From: an uncultured delta proteobacterium
Lineage (GTDB): Bacteria > Myxococcota > UBA727 > VGSZ01
Length of the DNA: 64,000 nt
Direction: 5' to 3'
Assembly: GCA_963775425.1 (NCBI GenBank)
Contig: CAVZJB010000011.1
Span: 800,001 to 864,000, forward strand
Shown in pieces: positions 32,000 to 40,376 of the stretch. The position numbers and the translations under genes are program-made. Position 1 is the first letter of the stretch, and every line of letters begins with the position of its first letter. Below the pieces are notes generated by a model, which was given only the letters and a program-made list of their open reading frames with translations, was not told where the DNA came from and did no database searches.

Positions 32000-33399
32000 G
32001 GCTCTTCCGCCGGCGGCGCCGCTTCCTCGGCGGCCGCGGCCTCGTCCGCGGGTGCTTCATCGGCGGGCGCTTCATCGGCGGGCGCTCCTTCGGCGGGCGC
32101 GTCTTCGGCGGGTGGGGCCTCTCCGGCGGCGGGCGGCGCGGCGGCGGGCACCGGGGTCTGCAACGGATACGCGGAGAAGACGCGGTTGACGGTGCGGGCG
32201 ATGAACGCGCGCTTGCGGAACAGCACCAACACGGCCGACAGGCTGATGGTGAAGAGCACGCAGCCGAACACGATGTTTTCGATGCGGTGGCCCTCGGCGA
32301 TGCCCTTCTGCGCGGGCAGCGACGCGAGCACGGCCGCTGCGAGGCCCTTGGGCACGAGCGCGGAGGCGACCACGGCGTCGTCGCGCGAGGTGGTCTTCGG
32401 GCGCAGGCTCACGCGCACCGCGAGCGGCCGCAGCGCGAACACCACCAGCGTCACGAGGCCGCCGAACACGAAGGGCTCGTAGCCGTCGAGCTTGAGGGCG
32501 GCGCCGAGGTACACGAAGAACAGCACCTTCAAGAAGAAGGCGGACTCGCCGAGGAAGATCTTCTCGCCCTCGGCGAGGCCGAGGCTTTGCGCCACCGGCC
32601 GCTTGCCCGCGATGGACTCGGCGTTGCCGAGCACCACGCCGAACACGAGCACTGCGATGGCGCCGTAGGTCTGCAACAGCTCCGCGAGCGCGAACACGAG
32701 GAAGACGGCGGCGCCGAGGACGAGGGTGCTCGCGCGCCGCCGCCGGATCTCGCGCAGCCCCCACGCCCACACCCAGCCCGACGCGCCGCCGACGGCGAGC
32801 GCGCCGAGGAGGCCGCGCACCAGGTTGACGGCGACCTTGCCCGGGTCGGCGCCTTTGCTTCCGAGCGCGCCGATGAGCACGAGCGCGGCCACGATGCACA
32901 GCACGTCGGACATGGCGCTCTCGAGCACCAGCACGATGCGCGTGCGCGCCGCCACCGGCAGGCCTTGCACCATGGGGATGACCACCGCCGACGACGTCCC
33001 GCCGATGATGGCGCCGAGCAGCATCCCCGCGGGCAGACGCATACCGAACAGCACGGTCGCGAGGAGGCCGACGACGATGATGGTGCTGCTGAACGTGACG
33101 AACGTGATGAGCAGCGACGGGCCGAGCGCGCTCTTCAGCTCGTCGAGGCGGATGCGGGTGGCGCCCTCGAAGAGGATGAGCACGAGGGCGGCGGTGGTGA
33201 ACACCTTGTCGAGGCCGTGCAGATCGGAGACGTGGAAGGCGCCCGCCACGGATGCGACGAGGCCGATGACGAGGAGGATGAGGACGTCCGGGATGCCGGT
33301 GCGCCGAAACACCTCTTCGAGCACCATGCCGAGGAGCACGAGGCCGGCAAAGACGGCGAGGATCGTCGTCGGGCTCACGGTATCGAAGCGTACTGCCAC
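31906..33399 (-). CDS. CPA1 (NhaP-like) cation:proton antiporter with acidic Pro/Ala tail
   Basis: ILFEG, GTSSAVVIP, LESAMSD, PKGLAAAVLA; multi-TM. Confidence 0.88.
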   Translation of the reverse strand: MAVRFDTVSPTTILAVFAGLVLLGMVLEEVFRRTGIPDVLILLVIGLVASVAGAFHVSDLHGLDKVFTTAALVLILFEGATRIRLDELKSALGPSLLITFVTFSSTIIVVGLLATVLFGMRLPAGMLLGAIIGGTSSAVVIPMVQGLPVAARTRIVLVLESAMSDVLCIVAALVLIGALGSKGADPGKVAVNLVRGLLGALAVGGASGWVWAWGLREIRRRRASTLVLGAAVFLVFALAELLQTYGAIAVLVFGVVLGNAESIAGKRPVAQSLGLAEGEKIFLGESAFFLKVLFFVYLGAALKLDGYEPFVFGGLVTLVVFALRPLAVRVSLRPKTTSRDDAVVASALVPKGLAAAVLASLPAQKGIAEGHRIENIVFGCVLFTISLSAVLVLFRKRAFIARTVNRVFSAYPLQTPVPAAAPPAAGEAPPAEDAPAEGAPADEAPADEAPADEAAAAEEAAPPAEEPQPALAEAPTPSPEPDAVPAETTGKGAPDPK

Positions 33400-33421
33400 G
33401 CCGCCGCGCTGCGCAACGCGC

Positions 33422-34270
33422 TCAGCCCTTGAGCGCGCCCGACGTGAGCCCGCCGACGATGCGCCGCTGGAACGCGAACACGAGCAAGGCCACGGGCGCG
33501 GTGGTGACGACGGAGGCGGCGAGGATCTGGCCCCACGGCACCTGGTGCTGACCGCGCAGGAGCGCGATGGCGACGGGGAGCGTGCGGCGCGCCGGCGACA
33601 CGGTGAACGACAGGGCGAACAGAAACTCGTTCCAGCAGTAGACGAAGACGAGGATGGCGGTGGTGGCCACCGCGGGTGCGGCGAGCGGCAGGACGATCTC
33701 GACGAGGATGCGCAGGCGCGACGCGCCCTCGACGAGCGCCGCCTCCTCGAGGTCGCGGGGCAGGGCGCGCATCATGCCGGTGAGGAGCCAGACCGCGAGC
33801 GGCAGCGCGAACGTGGTGTAGGGGAGGATGAGGCCGGGGTACGTGTCGACGAGGCCGACGGCGCGCAACACGAGGAACAGGGGGCCCACCACGGTGATCT
33901 GCGGCAACACGCTGACCGCGAGGACGGCGCCGAGCACGAAGCGCGCCCCGCGCAGCGGGAGACGCGCGAGCGCGTACGCCGCCGGCGCCGCGAGGGAGAC
34001 ACACAGCGCGGTGGTGGCGCCGGCGACGAAGAGCGAGTTCCTGAGGGGGACGAAGAAAGCGCGCTCGGTGAAGAGTGCGACGTAGCTCTCCCCCGTGAGC
34101 GCGGCGCCCGCGACGGGCGCGGTGGCCGTGAACAAGCGCGCCTCCGGCACCAGCGACGCCCACAGCGTCCACAGGAACGGCAGCGCGATGAAGCACACCA
34201 GCGCCACCGCGGTGAGGACGCCGAGGATGCGGTTCATCAGCCGGCCCGATGGCGCCGTCCGGGATGGCAT
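33422..34270 (-). CDS. Carbohydrate ABC permease (MalG/SugB type)
   Basis: EAA loop LEEAALVEGAS; WNEFLFAL; FQRRIVGGLTSGALKG. Confidence 0.93.
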   Translation of the reverse strand: MPSRTAPSGRLMNRILGVLTAVALVCFIALPFLWTLWASLVPEARLFTATAPVAGAALTGESYVALFTERAFFVPLRNSLFVAGATTALCVSLAAPAAYALARLPLRGARFVLGAVLAVSVLPQITVVGPLFLVLRAVGLVDTYPGLILPYTTFALPLAVWLLTGMMRALPRDLEEAALVEGASRLRILVEIVLPLAAPAVATTAILVFVYCWNEFLFALSFTVSPARRTLPVAIALLRGQHQVPWGQILAASVVTTAPVALLVFAFQRRIVGGLTSGALKG

Positions 34271-36507
34271 CACGAGCGCTCCTCGTCGCCGACGAGGCGC
34301 ACGTAGACAAGCGCGAAGCTCAGGGCGACGGCGAAGACCACGACGCTGATGGCGGCGCCGGCGCCGAAGCGCAGATCGCGCATCATCGCGTCGTAGGCGA
34401 GCAGAGAGACGGTCTCGGTGGCGGTGCCGGGGCCGCCGCCGGTGAGCACGTAGATGAGGTCGAAGACGCGAACGGCGTCGAGGGTGCGAAACACCACGGC
34501 GACGACGATGGCGGGCCGCAGGAGCGGCAGGACGACGCGGAACAGGCGCTGCGCGGCGGAGGCGCCGTCCATGCGCGCGGCCTCGAGGACGGCCGGGTCG
34601 ATCTGCGCGAGGCCGGCCAGGAGCAGGAGGGTGACGAAGGGCGTGCTCTTCCAGACGTCGGCGACGACGATGGGAACCCAGGCGAGCCACGGGCCCCCCG
34701 TCCAGGGCACCCCCGGCGCCGCCGCATGGAAGAGGAAGCGCCAGATGACCGCGGCGACCACCGCCGGGATGGACCAGGGGATGAGCACGAGGCCGCGCAC
34801 GGCGCCGCGCGCGAAGAAGGCGGCGTGCAGGGAGAGCGCGAGCGCGAGCCCGAGCCCGAGCTCGAGGGCGACGCTGACGACGGTGAAGCCCGCGGTGTGC
34901 GCGAGCGACGCGAGGAACCGCTCACTTCGAAAGATCTCGAAATATAGATGCAAGCCGACGAAGGGATCTCCTCGCCACGGCGCGCGCAGGTCGATGTCCA
35001 TGGATGATTGGATGAACGTCAAAATCAAGGGTACGCCGGCGACCACCGCGAGGAGCCAGAGGGCAGGGGTCGCGAGGCGCCAGCCGAAGCGCGCCTCCGC
35101 CTGCTCCCGCGTGCGCGCGCGAGAAAACGCGAGGGCGGCCGCGGCGAGGGCGGCGGCGCCCGCGACGACGGCGGCGAGCGGCAGGACGGGGAGCGGCCTT
35201 GGCCGCGCCGGCGGTCCCACCGAAGCACCCGGCGCTTTCTCCCCGGGGGCGGGTGGGGCGAGCGCGCGCGCCGCGAGGACGGCGCGCATCTCGCGGGCGG
35301 CGTCGCGCACGGCGTCGCCCGGCGTCGCCTGGCCGGTGAGGGCTTCGTGCAGGTGGATCTGCAAGACGCCGGACAGCTCGCTGTATACCGGGGTCACGGG
35401 GCGGGGCACGGCGCGCTCGAGGATGGCGCGCGCCTCCGCGGGCGGGATCGGGAGCGCGCCCGCGAGCGCCGCCCCGTCGTAGAGCGCCGCCTTCGGTGGG
35501 TACTGCCCGGCGATGCGCGCGCGAGCAAGCTGGGCGTCGTCGGCGACGAGGAACCGCAGCAGCTCGCGCGCGAGGGCAGGGTGCTCGCTGCGCGCGTTGA
35601 CGGCGAGCGCCTGGCCGCCGAGCGCCGCGGCGCCCGGGTGCGCGCCGTCGCCGGGCAGCGGTGAGGTGGCGAAGCGGCCGGCGACCTTGGACTTCGCCGC
35701 GTCGGCGAGGAGCGGCGCGGCGTAGGGCCAGTTGCGCATCATGAGCGCTTCGCCGTTTTGGAAGGAGAAGCGGGCCTGCTCCTCCTGCCACGACACCACC
35801 GCAGGCGGCGACGCGGTGCCGACCATGCCCGCGAGCCAGGCGAGCGCCTTGTCACCCGCGGCGCTGTCGACGACGACGGCGCCGTCGCGGTCGAGGATGG
35901 CGCCGCCCATGCCGCTCAAGACCTCGAGGTAGTCGCAGACGAGCCCCTCGTAGCGCGCGCCCTGCCATGCGTAGCCGACGGGCGTGGCGGCGGGGTGCGC
36001 GCGGGCGTCGGCGGCGAGCTCGTCGAGGGTGCGCGGCGCGTGTTCCAGGAGATCCGTGCGCCAGTACAGGAGCCCGACGTCGACGAACCACGGCGCCGCC
36101 CACAGCTTGCCGTCGTAGCGGCCGGCGGCGACGGCGCCGGGGAAGAAGCCGTCGACGACGTCCTCGTCGATGGGCGCGAGGAAGCCGGCGGCGGCGAGCT
36201 CTGCGGTCCACACGACGTCGACCTGCAGGAGGTCGGGCTCGCTCGCGCCCGCGGCGAACCACTGGACGTAGAGCTGGTGTCGCTCGTCGCCCGCGTCCGG
36301 TGTGGCGCGGATGTCGACGCGGACGTCGGGGTGCGTCGCCTCGAACGCGCGCGCGCGCGACGCGAGCGCCTGGCCCTCGGCGCCGACGGCGCTGCCGGCG
36401 ATAACGAGGTGCACGCGCCCGTCGCCGCCGGCGCACCCGCCCACCCCGGCGCCCGCGACGGCGAGCCCGAGCACCCAGGCGAGCAGGCCGCGCGCGCGAG
36501 GAGGCAC
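34270..36507 (-). CDS. Fused sugar-binding lipoprotein (trehalose/maltose type) and MalF/SugA permease
   Basis: VGGC lipobox; DVVWTAE, YEGL, MRNWPY, LGG, PRPVTP; Pro linker; DVWKSTPF, EAARMDGA. Confidence 0.88.
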   Translation of the reverse strand: MPPRARGLLAWVLGLAVAGAGVGGCAGGDGRVHLVIAGSAVGAEGQALASRARAFEATHPDVRVDIRATPDAGDERHQLYVQWFAAGASEPDLLQVDVVWTAELAAAGFLAPIDEDVVDGFFPGAVAAGRYDGKLWAAPWFVDVGLLYWRTDLLEHAPRTLDELAADARAHPAATPVGYAWQGARYEGLVCDYLEVLSGMGGAILDRDGAVVVDSAAGDKALAWLAGMVGTASPPAVVSWQEEQARFSFQNGEALMMRNWPYAAPLLADAAKSKVAGRFATSPLPGDGAHPGAAALGGQALAVNARSEHPALARELLRFLVADDAQLARARIAGQYPPKAALYDGAALAGALPIPPAEARAILERAVPRPVTPVYSELSGVLQIHLHEALTGQATPGDAVRDAAREMRAVLAARALAPPAPGEKAPGASVGPPARPRPLPVLPLAAVVAGAAALAAAALAFSRARTREQAEARFGWRLATPALWLLAVVAGVPLILTFIQSSMDIDLRAPWRGDPFVGLHLYFEIFRSERFLASLAHTAGFTVVSVALELGLGLALALSLHAAFFARGAVRGLVLIPWSIPAVVAAVIWRFLFHAAAPGVPWTGGPWLAWVPIVVADVWKSTPFVTLLLLAGLAQIDPAVLEAARMDGASAAQRLFRVVLPLLRPAIVVAVVFRTLDAVRVFDLIYVLTGGGPGTATETVSLLAYDAMMRDLRFGAGAAISVVVFAVALSFALVYVRLVGDEERS

Positions 36508-36587
36508 GCGCGGAGTATTGCAGGAGTCGCCGCGCCGCACGTCCGCCGCGTTCCTGCCGGCACCGGGCGCCGGACGGCCGGACGCCG

Positions 36588-36722
36588 TCAGCCGAAGGCC
36601 GCGGCGTGCTCGCGCGCCCACGCCTCGAACGTGCGCGGCTTCCTTTCGGTGGCGCGCTCGACGCCGTCGCTGGTGTGGGCGAAGCGCCCGTCGCGCACGA
36701 GCGAGAACGTCTCGGCGATGCG
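36588..36722 (-). pseudogene. C-terminal remnant of an NmrA/NAD(P)H-binding protein
   Basis: RIAETFSLVRDGRFAHTSDGVERATERKPRTFEAWAREHAAAFG* with no start codon found. Confidence 0.65.
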
Positions 36723-36728
36723 CGCGGC

Positions 36729-37081
36729 CGCACCGATCTGCGCGGCCTCGGGATCGTCGTGCAGCGCGGGGCCGCCTCGCCGAGCGCGCTCGCGGAGGAG
36801 GTGGGGCTCACCCGCGCGGCGATGACCACCGCGCTCGACCGCCTCGAGCGAAAGGGCTCGCGCGCAGGCGCGAGGATCCCGCCGATCGCCGCGGCCTCCG
36901 CGTCGAGGCGACCGCCGCCGCCAAGCGCGCGGTGAACGACATCTGGCAGCCCGTGGGCGCCGAAGGGCTCGCGCTGCTCGAGCGCTACGGGGACGCCGAG
37001 CTCGACGTGCTGCCCCGCTTCTTCGAGGACCATTGCGGGCTGCAGGCGGCGCACCCCCGCCGCGTCCAGCGCAGGCGCTGA
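36729..37081 (+). pseudogene. 5'-truncated, frameshifted MarR regulator
   Basis: RTDLRGL...SPSALAEEVGLTRAAMTTALDRLERKG, then a frame change, then LARRREDPADRR.LRVE. Confidence 0.7.
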
Positions 37082-37134
37082 CGGCGGCATGACCTGGGAG
37101 TCGGTCCCCGTGTACGCTCGGTCAGCCGAGCCAC

Positions 37135-37653
37135 ATGCCCCCCAAGCACCACCACCCGCCGCCCCACCACAAGCACCGCCCCCCACACTCGCGCGCCGCG
37201 TCGCTGTCGTTCATGAAGCGCGAGGACATCGACGAGATCCTGGCGCCGCTGTTGCCCGACGCGCGCGAGCGGGCGCTGGTGCTGCGCTGCGTCCTCGACG
37301 AGGGGCCGGCGCACCACCGCGGCGCCAACTGGGTGCTCATCAAGCTCCTCTCCCTCGTCGCCGGCGACCTCGCGCCCACCGGTGAGAGCGTCCCCGTGCC
37401 GATGCGTCTGCCGCCGCACGTCGCCGGCCACACGGACTCGGTCTATCCGTTGCGGCTGCCGCTCGCGCCGCTCGAGCGCCTCGGCGCCAAGGGCAGCGCG
37501 GAGGTGGAGGCGATGATCGACTGCCTCCTCGATGGTCCGCCGCAGCACGCGCTCGCCAACGTCATCATGGTCTGTCTCGTCGACGCGCTCCTGAGCAAGA
37601 GCGGCGGCGCTCCACCGCGCAAGCCCGGGAAGAAAGCGGCCGCGCAGGAGTGA
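37135..37653 (+). CDS. Hypothetical His/Pro-rich protein with an internal repeat
   Basis: MPPKHHHPPPHHKHRPPH; CVLDEGPAHHRGAN and CLLDGPPQHALAN; alternative start at 37213. Confidence 0.75.
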   Translation: MPPKHHHPPPHHKHRPPHSRAASLSFMKREDIDEILAPLLPDARERALVLRCVLDEGPAHHRGANWVLIKLLSLVAGDLAPTGESVPVPMRLPPHVAGHTDSVYPLRLPLAPLERLGAKGSAEVEAMIDCLLDGPPQHALANVIMVCLVDALLSKSGGAPPRKPGKKAAAQE

Positions 37654-38354
37654 TGCCGGAGCCGCAGGTCAACCCGCTGCCGGCGTCGTTGCTCGACGCG
37701 TTCGCGCTCGCCGCCGGGGAGCTCGGCATGTTCTCGGCGGCGCGCCTGTTCTGCGAGCAGATGTTCGCGGAGGGCGGCGCGGCCCTCGTCGGTCACCTGC
37801 GCGAGCTCATCGGTCCCGTCTATCCGGTGCTCGACGTCGTCGCCGCGCGCGTGCAGGGAGGGGCGCCGCTGCCGTCGCCGGACCCGCGGCCGCTGCTCGA
37901 GGAGCTTCGCGGCATCGGCCGCGTCGTCACGGTCGGCACCGAGGCGTGGATCATCGATGCCCTCGTGGAGCGCTTGCCCGCGACCGTCGCGCTCGGCGTG
38001 GTCCTCGACGAGACGCTCCCGGCGAGCCCGGCGCGCATCGCCGCCAACCTGGAGGGGCGAGCGACACTCGTGGCGCTCGACGAGGTCGTTCGCTGGTCGG
38101 GCGCGCGCACCGCGCTCCTCACCGCCGTGTACGGAAGCGACGGCTACAGCGCCACGGTCTGCACCGCGTGGCTGCGGCTCATGGGCCCCGACACGCGCAC
38201 GTGCTTTGGCGCGCTGGTCGGCTGGAACCTGCTCGGGCCGGCCATGGAGGCGTACCCGCGCTGGCTGCAGCACACGCTGGTCGAAACGTTCACGGTGCTC
38301 GTCGACGATCCCGGCGGCGCGCCAATCAGGGCCGCCGCAGCGGAGCCACGGTGA
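37653..38354 (+). CDS. Hypothetical alpha/beta protein
   Basis: TGATG coupling to the upstream gene with AGGAG RBS; GC3 bias; no motif recognised. Confidence 0.75.
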   Translation: MPEPQVNPLPASLLDAFALAAGELGMFSAARLFCEQMFAEGGAALVGHLRELIGPVYPVLDVVAARVQGGAPLPSPDPRPLLEELRGIGRVVTVGTEAWIIDALVERLPATVALGVVLDETLPASPARIAANLEGRATLVALDEVVRWSGARTALLTAVYGSDGYSATVCTAWLRLMGPDTRTCFGALVGWNLLGPAMEAYPRWLQHTLVETFTVLVDDPGGAPIRAAAAEPR

Positions 38355-39670
38355 CCTTCGCGCCTGCGGTGATCCTCGTCGTCGCGCTCGCGGTGCAGGC
38401 GCTCTTGCCCAAGCTGCGCGCGCCCGTGGTGGTGCTCGCCGCGGCGCTCGCGGTCATCGCGGTCACCGCGTCGGGCAAGGGGAGCGCGCGCGACATCGTC
38501 GCCGCCGTCCCGTGGGACGTGCTCGTGCTGCTCATCGCGCTTGGCGCGGTGTCGCAGATCTTCGGAGAGGCGCGCGTGTTCGAGCGGCTCGCGGTGTTCA
38601 CCGCCAAGCACGGCGGCGCCGATCCGCGACGCGTCGTCGTCGTTTTTGGCGTGGTCATGTACGCGGTGAGCGGCCTGGTGAACAACCTGACGGCGCTCCT
38701 CCTGGTGTTGCCGGTTCTCCTCGTGCTCCTGCGGCTCACGGGCACCACCGAGCGTCACGCACGGTGGATCGTGAGCGTGCTCCTGGTCGCGTGCAACCTC
38801 GGCGGCGCCGCCACCCCCATCGGCGACTTCCCCGCCATCCTGCTCCTCGGCGCGGGCGCCATGGACTTCGTGCCCTACCTCGTGCGCGCGTTGCCGATGA
38901 CCGTCGCGGCCCTGGCCATCCTCCTCGCCATCGTCGCGCTGTTCGTGCGGCCCGCGCGCGACGTCCCCACGTCGGCCGCCGCGCGCCGCCTCACGGTGGC
39001 GGTGGTGGAGGCGCTGCACCGACGGGTGCGCGTGCGGCGCCGGCTCTTCATCCCGGGCGCCGTCGCGCTCGCGGGGATGTTGGTGGTGTGGGCGGCGGTG
39101 CCCGCGCGCATCGCGCCGCCCGATCTGGTGGCGTGGGTGGGCGTGCCGCTCGCGCTCCTCGCCATGCCGCGCGAGGCCGCGCGCATCGTGAAGCGCGCCG
39201 TCGACGTCGAGGCCACGCTCTTCTTGTTCGCGCTCTTCGTCCTCGTCGGTTGCGTTCAGCAGACGGGGCTGTTTACGCGTCTCGCCGACGGCATCATGGC
39301 GCTGCCGCTGCCTCCGAACCTCCAGCTCGTCGTGTTCCTCGTGACGGCCGGGGTCCTCACCGGGTTGTTCTCCGCGGGGCCGAGCATGGCCGCGCTCCTC
39401 GTGGTGGCCCGCGCGCTCACGGCGCTCGTGCCCGCCGACGCGGTCTACGTCGGGCTCGCGCTCTCCGTCTGCGCCGGCAGCTCCCTGTTCCTCACGGCGG
39501 CGACGTCGGGTCCGCTCGCGCAGAGCCTCGTCGAGGCCGCGCGCGTCGAGGACCTCTCCGGGCGCCCCGTGCAGCTCGGCTTCGCCCAGTTCCTGCCGAC
39601 GGGGCTCTTGTCGTTCACCGTCATCCAGGCGACGGCCATCGCCTGGGCCCTCCTCCGCCTGTCGCTCTGA
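38351..39670 (+). CDS. ArsB/NhaD/SLC13 (ion transporter superfamily) permease
   Basis: VPWDVL, SGLVNNLT, NLGGAATPIGDFP, TLFLFALFVLVG; many TM segments; GTGA overlap. Confidence 0.85.
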   Translation: MTFAPAVILVVALAVQALLPKLRAPVVVLAAALAVIAVTASGKGSARDIVAAVPWDVLVLLIALGAVSQIFGEARVFERLAVFTAKHGGADPRRVVVVFGVVMYAVSGLVNNLTALLLVLPVLLVLLRLTGTTERHARWIVSVLLVACNLGGAATPIGDFPAILLLGAGAMDFVPYLVRALPMTVAALAILLAIVALFVRPARDVPTSAAARRLTVAVVEALHRRVRVRRRLFIPGAVALAGMLVVWAAVPARIAPPDLVAWVGVPLALLAMPREAARIVKRAVDVEATLFLFALFVLVGCVQQTGLFTRLADGIMALPLPPNLQLVVFLVTAGVLTGLFSAGPSMAALLVVARALTALVPADAVYVGLALSVCAGSSLFLTAATSGPLAQSLVEAARVEDLSGRPVQLGFAQFLPTGLLSFTVIQATAIAWALLRLSL

Positions 39671-39728
39671 CGGCATCGCCCGCCGCGGATCCGCCGCCGG
39701 CTTGCGTGTCGACCCGGGGTGCGTTACG

Positions 39729-39762
39729 TTCGGAACGTTCGGTGGTTTCCGAATGATCCGAA
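39729..39762 (+). promoter_or_regulatory. Palindromic operator upstream of the GbsR gene
   Basis: TTCGGAACGTTCGG-N6-CCGAATGATCCGAA (12 of 14 positions symmetric), abutting the AAGGAG RBS. Confidence 0.7.
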
Positions 39763-39770
39763 GGAGCCGC

Positions 39771-40376
39771 ATGGCGCGCAAGCCGACCGCCCGCAGCAGG
39801 AGCCCCGCCGAGAAAGGGTCGCGGGGCGCGGCCGGCGCGGACGTCGGCGCGGCCGTCGGCGCGGACGTCGAGGCGATGGTCGAGCGCTTCATGGACGGCG
39901 CCGCCCGCATCTGCCGCATCTACGGAGTGAGCCCGCTCCTCGGGCGCTTGTACGCGGTGCTGTTCCTGTCGGCGGCGCCGCTCAGCCTCGACGAGCTCGC
40001 CCGCCGCGCCGGCGCCGCCAAGAGCAGCGTGAGCGTGTCGCTGCGGCAGCTCGTGCACGTCCGCGTGATCCGCCGCGTCGAGCGCCACGGCGACCGCCGC
40101 GACTACTACGAGGCCGTCGGCAATCCCTGGGCGGTCGTCGCGGAGTGGACGCGTCACTTCCTCCAGCCCGAGCTCGACCTGTGGACCGAGATCAGCGACG
40201 ACGCCGTTCGTACGCTCGAGCGCGCGGGCCCGCGCGACGAGCGGGCCTTGCTCGCGCGCCTCCACGCGTGGCGCGAGCTCCTCGACGTCGTCGGCGTCAT
40301 CCTCAACGACGTCCCGCGCCGCGCGGCCCGCGGGTCGGCGCGGGCCGTGCACATCGCGATCGAGGGTGGCTCGTGA
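39771..40376 (+). CDS. GbsR/MarR-family repressor
   Basis: GVSPLLGRLYAVLFL...PLSLDEL...KSSVS..LRQL...GDRRDYYEA. Confidence 0.87.
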   Translation: MARKPTARSRSPAEKGSRGAAGADVGAAVGADVEAMVERFMDGAARICRIYGVSPLLGRLYAVLFLSAAPLSLDELARRAGAAKSSVSVSLRQLVHVRVIRRVERHGDRRDYYEAVGNPWAVVAEWTRHFLQPELDLWTEISDDAVRTLERAGPRDERALLARLHAWRELLDVVGVILNDVPRRAARGSARAVHIAIEGGS

